Shown: in pieces, positions 28,401 to 38,644 of the stretch | Numbering within the stretch: position 1 is the stretch's first letter | Layout: every line of letters starts with the position of its first letter | Virus record (IMG/VR): IMGVR_UViG_3300035698_010479 | Span: 124,001-188,000 of that record | DNA: 64,000 nt | Strand: one strand, 5' to 3' | Notes under the pieces: model-generated | Told to the model about the DNA's origin: nothing | Database searches by the model: none | Seen by the model: only the letters and a program-made list of their open reading frames with translations | Program-made: the position numbers and the translations under genes

Positions 28401-30984
28401 AGTATGGTTTTTTTGCCCAGACGACTAGGTCTGATTTTGCTTGACCTTTTATTCTACCAGTAATACCGCCAGCGAAAATTACAGATGCTATTATTGGGGA
28501 TGTTGGTAAATTTTCTATAGTATAATCACCACTATCCAAACTTGAACCAAACATACTAGCTATTGACCTTATAAGTGTAACATCTTCCTCAGGCCAACCA
28601 TCTCGTATTTCGGTATAAGTACCTGTAGGTTTTCTATCAAAACTCCATCGTTCATATACATATAGACCTTCTTCAAACTCTATTACAGGGTCGTATAATC
28701 TAACATATTTATCGGGTTCTTTTGGTTTTATTATTAATTGATTAACTTCCATTCTACTAGAACAGTGTTCCACTACTTCCATCTCTATTGAGATCTCCGT
28801 TTCAGAAGAATCTTTACCTCTCAGGAATAGTTTTAAAGCTACTGGATTTCCTGCTGTGTCTATTTCACCTGTATCCCATTTCCTAATAACGGAATGAAGC
28901 TTAAAGTTATCAGCTATAATGAGCAGCATGTAACCTTCATTACCTAAAAACATCATAGAACTATTTTCGTAACTTGAACTGCAAGTACTATCAATATAAA
29001 AACGATCCATAACCTTTACTTTATACATATAGTAGCCTAAGAAATATGTTGTATTGACCTCTGACATTAGTGTGCCATAAGAAGGCACCACAACCTTAGT
29101 ATCAATATAAGTATGTATAGGCACAGCAGCAGAAGCACTTTCTTTACTTTTAAATGGTAGAAACTTGTAGTTTATTTTTGGGGAGTACCTAGGGAAACAA
29201 ATTTCCTGCTCGTAATTAACCAAACCCGATACTTCTGTTTCTACGGTTGTTACTTCAAAAGAAGTTTGTGCAATAATACCTCCACAAAATATTTTATTAA
29301 TAATTATAGTTGAAAAGGTGTATATATCACTGCTCGTATCAAATACAATTATTTTATTTATACCAAAAAATGTATTAACGCCTATAGCAAATGCGCCACA
29401 GGTAGTGGGCCATTCATTTGTATATAACTTATTTGGTGCTAGTTCATCAAGCAACTTAAAATAACATTTTAATTGTACTAATCTATTTTTAAATCTTTCC
29501 TCTGCATATTCGGGGTCCGTACCAACACCTAGAGCAAATTCCCTAAAAGAGTACATATTTTTAAATTTTAGTATATCATTAAATGGGAAGTCAAACTCTG
29601 GATCGCTGGTATTTATGGCAAATAGGTTATTATTATAACCAAAATATTCTCCTAAAATTAGAATTGTTGTGTGGTCAGAAAATGATGTTTCAAATACATA
29701 TTGATTGACACCTGTGGCATCCCCACTGTAACTAGGCATTATATCGAATACTGAACGTATTATTGGTTCAAAAAGTATGTCATTTAATTCTTTTATAAGT
29801 GATGGGAAACTTGGTATCAAATTATCTGAGCTGGTACCCTTTGTTAATAGTACTTGTTTCCTATCAATAGAGAAGCAAGTAAAGTCTGTGATTTTAGTTT
29901 CTATAGCTTTTAAAGTGTAGTCAACTATATTATTAGGCCCGTCATATATTATCTCTGGGGTTGTGCCTTCATTTGCAAATAAGATTGCCTCTTGCCCAAA
30001 GTAGTTAGAGTACTCCTCTATATCCCAAGTCTCTTTCTTTAGGTTGTAACGTATTTCTAAAATTTGTTCGGCTAGGATCTTATCACCACCACGTAGGTAT
30101 ATAGAGCTTAGATAAGGCATAAAACCAGTGCTTGCTAAATTACCCGTATATTTAGGACAATCTGGCATAGCTCCATTACAGGGGGGTCTAAGGTTAATAC
30201 CTTCTTTATCCTCAAAAAAGTTAGAAAATGGTGTAACAAGTGGTGATGTATTTGTACACTTAAACTCTGGGGCCTCTACAGATAATTTACCTGTGTTAGA
30301 ATCCTGTTTTAATGTGAAATCATAATTCTCACTTTTCCACCACTTACATCTACCTAAAAGTGCCCGTTTATTTAATACATCATATTTCATAGGTAGATGT
30401 GACCCACTTGGAAAACCAGTGGAAGTAGAGGTACCAGAAGTCGTAACACCAGAAACTGTGCAAACATCCTGTATTGGCGCAGTGCCAAAACCAGTATGGT
30501 GTGGTGCAAATCCAGAGCATGTTACTGCGGTGCCTCCAGTAAGTACATTACCAGATGAGAAGTTACAATTTCCATCGTTATAACCATTTATTTTAGAATA
30601 ATCCAATGGTATAGCTGTACCAGAAGAAGTGGTTAGTGTATTTGGAGCAGTAACCCATTTGGGGCAATTAGGTGACATAGATACATGTCTATATGGATCT
30701 GGAAGTACACATCTAGGTAAGACATCCGCTGCTGTAGGAGGAGTACCTTCAGTATTAGTGGCATATTTTGTACAAGAAAATCTAGCAGTACCAATATAAT
30801 TACAAAATGGGTATAAATCACCCCGTTGTATAAAAGAAGTTTCAACATTGTTTACCTCTGAAGTAATTTCTTCTTCAAAAGTACAAATGGTATTTGTGTT
30901 ATCCCAGTGTATACATTGGATTGGTTCTTTTTCCAACCAATATTGGCATCTATTTATAGGTCTGGGATTTCTTGTATATGCCAT
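25450..30984 (-). CDS. large putative baseplate/structural protein (1844 aa) with Cys-rich N-terminus
   Basis: Long ORF inside the structural block; many Cys in the first ~280 aa (RCQYW, CIHW, RCKWW, PPCNG..PDCPKY); no family recognised. Confidence 0.55.
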   Translation of the reverse strand: MAYTRNPRPINRCQYWLEKEPIQCIHWDNTNTICTFEEEITSEVNNVETSFIQRGDLYPFCNYIGTARFSCTKYATNTEGTPPTAADVLPRCVLPDPYRHVSMSPNCPKWVTAPNTLTTSSGTAIPLDYSKINGYNDGNCNFSSGNVLTGGTAVTCSGFAPHHTGFGTAPIQDVCTVSGVTTSGTSTSTGFPSGSHLPMKYDVLNKRALLGRCKWWKSENYDFTLKQDSNTGKLSVEAPEFKCTNTSPLVTPFSNFFEDKEGINLRPPCNGAMPDCPKYTGNLASTGFMPYLSSIYLRGGDKILAEQILEIRYNLKKETWDIEEYSNYFGQEAILFANEGTTPEIIYDGPNNIVDYTLKAIETKITDFTCFSIDRKQVLLTKGTSSDNLIPSFPSLIKELNDILFEPIIRSVFDIMPSYSGDATGVNQYVFETSFSDHTTILILGEYFGYNNNLFAINTSDPEFDFPFNDILKFKNMYSFREFALGVGTDPEYAEERFKNRLVQLKCYFKLLDELAPNKLYTNEWPTTCGAFAIGVNTFFGINKIIVFDTSSDIYTFSTIIINKIFCGGIIAQTSFEVTTVETEVSGLVNYEQEICFPRYSPKINYKFLPFKSKESASAAVPIHTYIDTKVVVPSYGTLMSEVNTTYFLGYYMYKVKVMDRFYIDSTCSSSYENSSMMFLGNEGYMLLIIADNFKLHSVIRKWDTGEIDTAGNPVALKLFLRGKDSSETEISIEMEVVEHCSSRMEVNQLIIKPKEPDKYVRLYDPVIEFEEGLYVYERWSFDRKPTGTYTEIRDGWPEEDVTLIRSIASMFGSSLDSGDYTIENLPTSPIIASVIFAGGITGRIKGQAKSDLVVWAKKPYCSDVEIMYSWKANYQETLLLPTGYCFVAHIGAAPVDTGIGGSTPRCGDHSFGSISRRPSLMWYPYTACDPYGKYALSSGNYENDEGFLEFWLDDVGKPNFDTEHGSEDLRMLGPAKHYGFTVDTHATVWACGCDYVYHNNDMISTPWFGGFARIRAGVEGETLYYMIQNGGTPPKFGNKHRPYLHSFRSIAALHFPIVNDYGGVSMDKKWLPIYEAFSDMALSSNFTEFPWKNYFNESDITTTYVHQMGLLAARNVDNTSISEELLKSTDEFSEGSLKRYRFSEIFLAHSTTTGMVYPSPRKAYYQGKLTPRPITAWLTYKDVPADESGGLSPGAIQWAWRERWKPLEREIIDIRTVLMDMDFYLCDTSDMHSNYLRFLDIYYTNYTYDFRIDEFRRIPEEGFHKIIWEPSKYNIENPLPTYFIVRLGDNGPVRLLNTKLEIITDTAILEEGIIFDSISTEDIKKHIDFYKLCYETNWLNSISSEADLEVMAIETMIGSGFILYDGETEVVDSLELAMSNAKDAKRMVSIYKDGDQYDMYFNRGLYVMLNSSLIKYIPKIFEPLALPYEFKLSKQSSDDSDYSILDITEFYPASESFGMKYFFQSSSFTITFRFEQPVNIGQLDISFLKGKEVQNEESENNTAEPIELFNYFHIPEVVLKRSVDGVVFKDVEKFDFISADIDEPLAPFSKRYKITNLDQTYMSELSLGFSVTFNYSIDKINFVDDNIKFFHYILLDSIKFSKVLFTKQEETVQVHERKFNISVGEYGTYPIHGFENEGSLLYPSTKELSTTYQYDNAWGMVGMSNSSGEFSCVGKTQSRHCGSIQQDAENIYGSYLDFELKQKELYDDIALRGAEVISYNSIAKDVFKETLSNTGVTSFPEWICTFKNNSMVPLRAVPSKQLYYPEGHNWTWDNNSFRDFFNCGGGGLRQVVTIFSYKWGRVSGIYGFVHERDILDLYSYGLSDALTRLANPDMAIAERLASL

Positions 30985-31070
30985 TATAAGTATCTTTCTA
31001 TTGGTGTATGGGTTGGTAGAACTTTTTTAGATAACCCTATTATTTCTTCTATTGACTTCTTTTTAGACAT
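30984..31070 (-). CDS. 28-aa small ORF translationally coupled to the 1844-aa gene
   Basis: AGGGAG RBS then ATG; encodes MSKKKSIEEIIGLSKKVLPTHTPIERYL; its TAA overlaps the next ATG (TAATG). Confidence 0.6.
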   Translation of the reverse strand: MSKKKSIEEIIGLSKKVLPTHTPIERYL

Positions 31071-31178
31071 TATTTACTCCCTATTAAAGTTTAAAATAAA
31101 GTGGTTAGGAAAAATGTAATAGGCAAATTTCCAATCTCCGTCGAGACTGTCCCACAGTTTTGTAGTAATTACAAGTAC

Positions 31179-32732
31179 TTATGAGTAGTCAAAAAAAGTA
31201 CGGTAATTACAAGTAGATGCTCCTGTTTCTGAACTTCCCAATTTAATATTAAACCAAACAGGGTCAGCTATAAGAAACTTATTACCTATCGCTTGTGAAT
31301 CATCAGCAGTAGATACTACCATAAGATTAGCTTTTGTGCTATATAAATATGTTGGTGGTATGTCACTATCAATATCCCCAGGAATTATTCCTGGATACCA
31401 TTCTACACCAGTTTCAGTACCAGAGCCAGCTTTATTTCCTGGGCCTGTTGTACCAAATCGAAACATTGTATCGTTGTTACCAGCGTAATGATGTTGAAAA
31501 GAACCATGACTCTGTAAACCAAATTTAACAGAACTCAGTTGGTAAGCACCTGATTCAATTTCAAATGTTACGCAACGTACAGTTGATTCTGTGGATACAG
31601 TAACGTTACCAAAGTTTACACTGGATATATTATAACTTGCTGGTTTAGGCCCTTGACACATAACGTAAAACTCATCCCGTATACCTAAATAATCAGAACC
31701 ACTGGCTGGAACAAATTGTAGAGCTAGTCCCCTTGTACCCAATGGTATATTTGTACCGGATGCTGGTGTAACTACAGCGGCAGCCATATCCCCTTTTGTA
31801 GAGCTATATGACATAAGAGCACTACCAGCTGCATCTGTTACGTTGGTACCACTGGTGTAGTCTGGTTTATAACAAGGGATGTTCCAGTAACCTGCAGCAA
31901 AAACTGCGTCGGTAAATTTAACCATTAGGCCTCTTGTACCTATATTATACCAGTATCCTGGATATAACAATTCAGTAGATACACTAGAATCATCTACTGA
32001 TGGTGATGCTGTCCAAGTAAGTGTTGGGACGTTGCCCGACCCACCGGCTAATGTAGTACCATTTGTAACATCAATGGTAATTGTATAAGTGGTATCTGTA
32101 CTATAGTTATATACCCCACCAGTTGTCATAACACCATCATATGTTATGCTTTTTATAGGTACACCTATACCTCTAGGTGAATCATTATCATTAGTAATAA
32201 CTATCTTATAGACTTCTGGTTCCATACCTTTAAAATCACCGGTAATGTTCAAAGTGCCAGCGAAGTTATTTGTTGATGCAGCGCCACCTACCTCAGATAC
32301 AGTGGCAAAGCCTAATACAGCATGTGCACTTTCGGCACCTATTGTGGTTACTGCTACGGAAGACGCAACACCTAGGGTTCCAGAATATATCTTAAATCTA
32401 TTACCTTGTCCAGGGGTATTAACCCAAGTACATTGCGCATCGTTCCATCTTGCATCATTTTTACCTAGATTTCGCATCTTTTCAGTTATATCTTTTGCTA
32501 CAAATCTGGGATCTAGATCTATACCCTGATATAAAGTTATAAAAGGACCTGGGTCACCGTCTATACTCATGTATAACTTATTTGTTGTTGGTCCTATTGT
32601 AAAGGTATCACTAACACTAGAAGTACCTATAGAGTAACCTCTTTTACCTTTACATCCTGCGTTTCTACCACTACCTATAGTACCTGTAGATGCGGGGTCA
32701 TATTGGACCCAGCGAGTAATTGCGGCGCACAT
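31179..32732 (-). CDS. putative virion structural protein (517 aa, Gly/Thr/Ser-rich)
   Basis: Strong AAGGAGG RBS; beta-rich composition; contains a domain shared with 41004..41969 and 18244..25062. Confidence 0.6.
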   Translation of the reverse strand: MCAAITRWVQYDPASTGTIGSGRNAGCKGKRGYSIGTSSVSDTFTIGPTTNKLYMSIDGDPGPFITLYQGIDLDPRFVAKDITEKMRNLGKNDARWNDAQCTWVNTPGQGNRFKIYSGTLGVASSVAVTTIGAESAHAVLGFATVSEVGGAASTNNFAGTLNITGDFKGMEPEVYKIVITNDNDSPRGIGVPIKSITYDGVMTTGGVYNYSTDTTYTITIDVTNGTTLAGGSGNVPTLTWTASPSVDDSSVSTELLYPGYWYNIGTRGLMVKFTDAVFAAGYWNIPCYKPDYTSGTNVTDAAGSALMSYSSTKGDMAAAVVTPASGTNIPLGTRGLALQFVPASGSDYLGIRDEFYVMCQGPKPASYNISSVNFGNVTVSTESTVRCVTFEIESGAYQLSSVKFGLQSHGSFQHHYAGNNDTMFRFGTTGPGNKAGSGTETGVEWYPGIIPGDIDSDIPPTYLYSTKANLMVVSTADDSQAIGNKFLIADPVWFNIKLGSSETGASTCNYRTFFDYS

Positions 32733-32803
32733 ATAAAATCCTCCTTAATTGTTACTATTTTTTAGGTGTAAACCAAAACAACACCTTATCATTATCTTTT
32801 CAC

Positions 32804-33418
32804 TCACTGTGGTTTACTCCCTAAAGAAAATTCAAAAGTTTTAACTGGTAAAATATTACCAGAAAAGTCTTTTACCCCAGAAATTGTAATACTATAAGAT
32901 TTACCATACATAAAATACTTACTTTGTGGTTTAACAGCTGCTGATATATTATACTGGCCTGATCCCTCTACAGATACATAAGCTCCAAGGTCGTACTCTT
33001 TATAAGTAGAAGTCTTAAAAAAAGTAGAAAAATAAGTAGTATTAGGATTAAACACATTATTAACTGCCGAAACTGAAACAGGTATTTCACTGTTAACAGG
33101 CCACCTAATCACTTTCTCCCACAGTACTTCATAACCATACTGTAATAAATATGTCCTACTAGTATTATCATCATTACTATTACTACCAAAAACCTCTAAA
33201 ACCATTGTACCACTTGGGACTGTAGAATATGATAATGTATAACCATTAACTAATGGTGTTGTTGTGCAATTTACAGTATACCCATTATTAACCATGAATG
33301 TACCGGATAGAGTAACACTATGTTCATCATCCAGTACGTCAACACGGAAATCTACTAAAGATGTACAATATACTGTAGAATCTTTAGGTATAGAAAAATT
33401 TGTTATGTATAGTGCCAT
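32804..33418 (-). CDS. Ig-like domain virion protein
   Basis: C-terminal YSITISGVKDFSGNIL..TFEF is a Big_5/SbsA-like Ig signature. Confidence 0.55.
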   Translation of the reverse strand: MALYITNFSIPKDSTVYCTSLVDFRVDVLDDEHSVTLSGTFMVNNGYTVNCTTTPLVNGYTLSYSTVPSGTMVLEVFGSNSNDDNTSRTYLLQYGYEVLWEKVIRWPVNSEIPVSVSAVNNVFNPNTTYFSTFFKTSTYKEYDLGAYVSVEGSGQYNISAAVKPQSKYFMYGKSYSITISGVKDFSGNILPVKTFEFSLGSKPQ

Positions 33419-33453
33419 ATAACGTTACCTATATTAAATCGTAGTTAGATTAA

Positions 33454-36063
33454 TTATAATATCCTCTTAATTATAGGAGTTACATTATGTTCTCTTATAA
33501 CATTATCAACTAATAATTCTATACTACTTTCTTTTAAACCATTTCCGCCATCAAAAACAGCGAATTTAATTTTGGTTGTTCTAGTGTTTAGTCCACGAAC
33601 ACATGCTCTTGGTAAAAAGCTAGTAGGATCTACAAAGGGCTCTAGGCTATCAGATAACCTAAATCTCCACATGTCATAAAGTATGTTTTTTTGCCCAGAT
33701 GAGTCATTTATTTGAATTGAAATTTCAACTACTTGACCATAGTAGAATATATTTTCATTTAAATATGTTATATTATAACCGTTAGGTATTACTGTGAAGT
33801 TGAATATCTTTATTCTATTATTTACATATAAATCTAAAGAAGTAATATCAACACCTACTTCACTATCAAGAATATCAAAACTTATATTAGTACCGAGAGG
33901 TATATCTACTGAATCACGTATAGGGAATTCGTTTACTATATAAGGTGGTTTGTAATCTGGTATTACAGTAAACCAATAGTCGAACTCTATCTTATTTGGT
34001 GGTATGGCATTATCATACACTGAAAGATATACATAAACAATCGCGTCATTATGAAAATATTCTGGTGGTGTAAATAACACATCTAGCCCAATCAAACCTC
34101 CCCCGGCGTCAAATTCAGTAACAACTAATAAACTACTTTCTGAAAAATCTATAAATTCAGTGTCGCCCACATAAGAAATTTCACGTACTCTAAATACTAA
34201 TGTACTTTTATTTAAATCAAAGCCGTAAGGAGCTAACCGTAACCATATGGTTGCATTTACATTATTTTTACTTGAGAATGGTACAGGTACTGCATCTATT
34301 AAAAACCTAAACTGGGCTATGAAAACATTATCAGTATTACTTCCTACTGGAAGGTGTCTACTTATGTATGTTTGACTTAAAGCACAGGAGCCTAAATGAG
34401 TAGTTAGTTGTTTAAAAGCAGAACTACTAGATTTTTGTGCTTTTTGTGGTATATCAAAATCTCCATCGAAATTCTGAAGCTGTCTTACAATTGCAACCTT
34501 AGGTAGATTATCAAATACTTCATGGCCACCAGGCATCTTAAATTTACTGTAACTTTTTAATATAAATTTGGATAAGAAAGATACTAGTTGTTTAATAATA
34601 TTAGTAGTAGCTTTAGAGTCTATTTTTTGTGTAATTATAGGTGCACCAAAACCAGCTATATCTAGCCTATCGAATAAAAACTTAGCATCTAGGTATAGTA
34701 GTATAGATGCAAATACATAGATACTGCCTGTTAGTATATTTGACCCATCAGTATAGGCTACTATTTTTATATCACCATTTATATTAGATATCAAAGATGA
34801 GTTATACCAAGTACTAGTATATGTTATGCTGCCTACACCATTCAAATCTGTTGTGGCTTCTTTATTTACATCACCCCATACGCCACCAGTATCTCCGTAT
34901 TCCTTATCAAAATGAATTGTCTTATTGGATATACCCATACCGTATTGGTCAGTTACTTTGGCATATATAGTTATAGTATCCTGGTTTGCAATTCTACGGG
35001 TGTCTGTATATAAGATTAAACAATCTGAATACCTATAAGGGCTGTCTTCATGATAATTGTAAGTTGTCCAAGTAATTTCAGCAAATGTGCCAGTATTAGA
35101 GCGCATCATTTTACTTTTCTGTAAACGATACATTGAAGATACAGTAAAAGCTATAGCAGACACATCTAAAACAGTACTACTATTTAATTTTGTAACATTT
35201 AGTCTACTGGATTTCATTATACTGTAATCTAGTATATCAATATAAATTAATTCTGAGTTTTTAATTATGGCTACTGAACCATAAAAAGGTAATCCGTAAT
35301 TCGCAGTTTTAATATTGTTATACAAGGCACTCTCGTGATGCCCTTTGGTTGCTCCTGTAAAATTATCTAATACAAGCATGGCACCCCTAGTTGTGTCTAC
35401 ACCATAACCAATATCACTGAATAAATATATATCGCCTAGGTAAGTAACAGGGTCCCCAACATTAAAATAGCTTTTAAGTGGTGTACCTGAGGAAGATTTA
35501 ATGTATACAGTAGTACCAGATACGGATGTGGCTGTTACCTCTTCAAAAGCACCAAGATAAGAGGTATTACTACTTGGACCTATGTATAATCTTGTACCAG
35601 AAACTACATTATCTATATTATTAAGCAGTATATTACCGGTACCTGTTATAGTTGTAAGTGATAAATTTGTGTAGTACCTACCCAAGGCCATGGACCTACT
35701 TACTATAGTATCATACCCACTAGATGCTTTAGTTATAGTATAATCTAAATCTAATCTAGTATTTGTTTTATTCAAATTCCATTTTTTTATAGACACAGAA
35801 GAAGTTAGATTACTTTCCATAGTAAAAAATACCATACCTGATTGTAAAGCACTTAAATCTCTTGGGCCTATATAATCTAAATAGTAAATTTTTGTATCTT
35901 GTGTGATATTAGGATTAAAAGTATATGATACAGTTGTCACACCAGTACTATTTTTTATTAACAACCTGGCTGTAGCCGTAGTAGTATCTACTGTAGCGAA
36001 AGTACCTAATAAAGGTGCTAAACAAAAATTAGACTGTGCTGCATTTATATTTTCCTGTGCCAT
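33454..36063 (-). CDS. putative tail fibre paralog 3 with Big_1-like and further Ig-like domains
   Basis: AKVTDQYGMGISNKTIHF...TTDLNGVGSITYT (invasin-type Ig); DYKPPYIVNEFP...GVDITSLDLYVN repeats; N-terminus related to the next two genes. Confidence 0.6.
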   Translation of the reverse strand: MAQENINAAQSNFCLAPLLGTFATVDTTTATARLLIKNSTGVTTVSYTFNPNITQDTKIYYLDYIGPRDLSALQSGMVFFTMESNLTSSVSIKKWNLNKTNTRLDLDYTITKASSGYDTIVSRSMALGRYYTNLSLTTITGTGNILLNNIDNVVSGTRLYIGPSSNTSYLGAFEEVTATSVSGTTVYIKSSSGTPLKSYFNVGDPVTYLGDIYLFSDIGYGVDTTRGAMLVLDNFTGATKGHHESALYNNIKTANYGLPFYGSVAIIKNSELIYIDILDYSIMKSSRLNVTKLNSSTVLDVSAIAFTVSSMYRLQKSKMMRSNTGTFAEITWTTYNYHEDSPYRYSDCLILYTDTRRIANQDTITIYAKVTDQYGMGISNKTIHFDKEYGDTGGVWGDVNKEATTDLNGVGSITYTSTWYNSSLISNINGDIKIVAYTDGSNILTGSIYVFASILLYLDAKFLFDRLDIAGFGAPIITQKIDSKATTNIIKQLVSFLSKFILKSYSKFKMPGGHEVFDNLPKVAIVRQLQNFDGDFDIPQKAQKSSSSAFKQLTTHLGSCALSQTYISRHLPVGSNTDNVFIAQFRFLIDAVPVPFSSKNNVNATIWLRLAPYGFDLNKSTLVFRVREISYVGDTEFIDFSESSLLVVTEFDAGGGLIGLDVLFTPPEYFHNDAIVYVYLSVYDNAIPPNKIEFDYWFTVIPDYKPPYIVNEFPIRDSVDIPLGTNISFDILDSEVGVDITSLDLYVNNRIKIFNFTVIPNGYNITYLNENIFYYGQVVEISIQINDSSGQKNILYDMWRFRLSDSLEPFVDPTSFLPRACVRGLNTRTTKIKFAVFDGGNGLKESSIELLVDNVIREHNVTPIIKRIL

Positions 36064-36065
36064 TT

Positions 36066-38636
36066 TTAATCCACCTGTGTTACAGTAGCATCTATAGTAA
36101 CTACCCTTAAAGCAGTACCAGAGGTATACCCTGTATCTGCTCTTCCTGTATTATAAAAAATATCCGTATTTACTAATTTAGTAGTTACAAAACCTATAGG
36201 ATCATCATCTTTAAAAGTAACAGGCCTGTTTACAACACCTTGACCGTATTGGTCTAAAGTTACTGAAGTAATAACAGCGGTATTTCTACCTGTAGCTGGT
36301 AATATATGTGTTGATGCATCTACTGATATAAAGTCTATAAAAGATCTTATAGGTGATATTTGATAGTTGTAAGTAGGCCATGTATAATCAGTGCCATAAT
36401 ATGAGGCTTCTAGTTGAAGTCTATATAAGTTATCTCCATCTATGTCTATGTCATATACCGATATTATAGTAGATTGATTTTTTCGTACATTATCTATAGA
36501 CATTGTACCATAATACATATTAGAATTTGTTGGATACCTTAGGTAACCGTTGGAAAAAATTAAATCATTAAAATATGCTCCAGATATAGTGGTGAGGGAA
36601 GAATGTAGGCCTAAAGATATAGCACATTCCTGTACATTAACGGTTAAAGACGTAAAATCAATCCAAGAACTTTCAATACCTGAAACTGTTGTTTTATAAC
36701 TTAGTCTTAAATCTGTACCAATTTTAGATGCTTTAAACTTATATGATAGCTCAGGTAACTCTTGTAAAGTAGGTGCATACTGAGTTAGTGTACCATTTAC
36801 TGTTATACCAATTAAACTGGTGTTATTTATATTAGTAAAATAACCAGTTGTATTATTATAAAAATCATTTATTTCGTATATGGATAATGCTCTACTGAAC
36901 ATTTTAAATTCATCTAAATTAAAATTCCTACCTGGATATTGTGTGCTAGTACCAAAATAAAGGGCGGCTCCTGTGTCTATTGTCGTGTTAGCAGCAAGTA
37001 CAAAAGTACCTTTTAACTCCTTGTTGTAATAGACATATAACATATTGTCTTTTTTTATAAATGCTACATTAAACCATATATCTATTGGTGAATTAGTAAC
37101 AACTACTGTCTGATTAGAGTTAGTGGCTGTAGTAGTCACACCGAAAGTTAAAGTATTAGCACCATTTAAAAACCATATATAGGGTGACCTAAAGGAACCA
37201 GAACTCTTTTGTAATATGGAATGAACTGCGGCATCATAACCGCCAACTAATTTTAACCAGAAAATCAAAGAAAAATCTTTGCCGTCTTTACCTACATCTA
37301 GTAAACTAGTACCTGCCACATTAACACTTGTAGCAGGTATGAAATTTGCTGCTCCAGATACAGTGGTATCGTAACCAACTACATAAGTAGGTGGTATTGT
37401 TTTATTGGTTATAAAGCTATTACCGGAGTAGTCATCAAAATTATTATTTAATGGGAAATAAAGTAACAATCCTGAATTATTAATACTATTTGAGAAGTCG
37501 GAGGATCTTCTATAACCAATCTCTATTTTAGTATTAGATGTTTTAAAATCAAACCCCATATAATGATTATACTGTCTAAGGTCTACCCCTGAAAAGGTGG
37601 TTACTCCCCATAGAGTACCTGAAACCTGTACTTCAAAGTTATTCAATAGTAAATAAGTAGAATCTAATTTATCATAACCATTACCATAAGTTGACATGAA
37701 TAAGTTATTATTTTGTATTTTTGGGTCACCCGAATATACAGACCATTTATTACTATTAGGTAGAGCGTTGTCAATATCAATAAAATCATCACTAGCTCGT
37801 ACATCTGCGCTATATCTGTATAGGTCCCTCTGGTCCCTTAGTTTAAGATTTGTGCCTTTAACGTATGCTAGAGTAAATACATCTGGAAAATTATGTAATA
37901 TATTATTCAATCTGGTAAATTTTGAAGCAGTAATGTTTTTATATTCTACATCCTGAAACTTACCTATTTCTACACCGGTATAAGGATTTAGTACTATTAA
38001 TGCACCATTATTATCTGATATGTAGTTAGCGTAGTTATTAAAAACATACACTGATGATATGATACTTACAGGATCTCCAGCAAAATAATTGTTTTTAAGT
38101 GGTGTAGTTAAGTATATATTTTGTCCAGTTATACCACTAACTGTAACTAACTCTCTTTGATTAAATTTATTAAAACCCAAACCAATTATTGTACCAGGTA
38201 TTACAGCGAATTCAACGTGTTCATTCATAGATATAACTAAGTCCCCATCACTTGCATCATTAGTTAAATCAGAGTTATAATGTTCTATAGATATTGTGTT
38301 TATATCATATTTTATAAATCCTGATATGTTGGATAGTACAAATTGATTTACCATTACACAAACAAAGTTTTCTAGATTCCAGCATCTTATAACATAGCTT
38401 AATCCATCTGTAAATTTTTGTAATGACCAAAAATTATACCCATCATATTGAAGACAAATCACATCCCCAACAACATAGTTTACAAAATTATTAGGTATAT
38501 CAACTGGGTACTGAAATGTAGTGGCCCCAGCTGATGATTTCTGCGAAAGAATTCTAGGAGTATAGTCTAATAAATAGAAATAGCCATCCCGAACGACCAT
38601 ATGTTTTTGATGGAATTTAATATTCTCATAAGCCAT
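36066..38636 (-). CDS. putative tail fibre paralog 2 with LamG insertion and C-terminal Big_1-like domain
   Basis: LLLYFPLNNNFDDYSGN...FSLIFWLK...WFNVAF...LDEFKMFSRALS (LamG); LDQYGQGVVNRPVTF (Big_1). Confidence 0.65.
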   Translation of the reverse strand: MAYENIKFHQKHMVVRDGYFYLLDYTPRILSQKSSAGATTFQYPVDIPNNFVNYVVGDVICLQYDGYNFWSLQKFTDGLSYVIRCWNLENFVCVMVNQFVLSNISGFIKYDINTISIEHYNSDLTNDASDGDLVISMNEHVEFAVIPGTIIGLGFNKFNQRELVTVSGITGQNIYLTTPLKNNYFAGDPVSIISSVYVFNNYANYISDNNGALIVLNPYTGVEIGKFQDVEYKNITASKFTRLNNILHNFPDVFTLAYVKGTNLKLRDQRDLYRYSADVRASDDFIDIDNALPNSNKWSVYSGDPKIQNNNLFMSTYGNGYDKLDSTYLLLNNFEVQVSGTLWGVTTFSGVDLRQYNHYMGFDFKTSNTKIEIGYRRSSDFSNSINNSGLLLYFPLNNNFDDYSGNSFITNKTIPPTYVVGYDTTVSGAANFIPATSVNVAGTSLLDVGKDGKDFSLIFWLKLVGGYDAAVHSILQKSSGSFRSPYIWFLNGANTLTFGVTTTATNSNQTVVVTNSPIDIWFNVAFIKKDNMLYVYYNKELKGTFVLAANTTIDTGAALYFGTSTQYPGRNFNLDEFKMFSRALSIYEINDFYNNTTGYFTNINNTSLIGITVNGTLTQYAPTLQELPELSYKFKASKIGTDLRLSYKTTVSGIESSWIDFTSLTVNVQECAISLGLHSSLTTISGAYFNDLIFSNGYLRYPTNSNMYYGTMSIDNVRKNQSTIISVYDIDIDGDNLYRLQLEASYYGTDYTWPTYNYQISPIRSFIDFISVDASTHILPATGRNTAVITSVTLDQYGQGVVNRPVTFKDDDPIGFVTTKLVNTDIFYNTGRADTGYTSGTALRVVTIDATVTQVD

Positions 38637-38644
38637 ATAATCTC

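Noticed and set aside
31179-32732. 517-aa protein as the tail sheath
   Set aside because: Size and strong RBS would fit, but no conserved sheath C-terminal motifs were recognisable; left as a generic structural protein.
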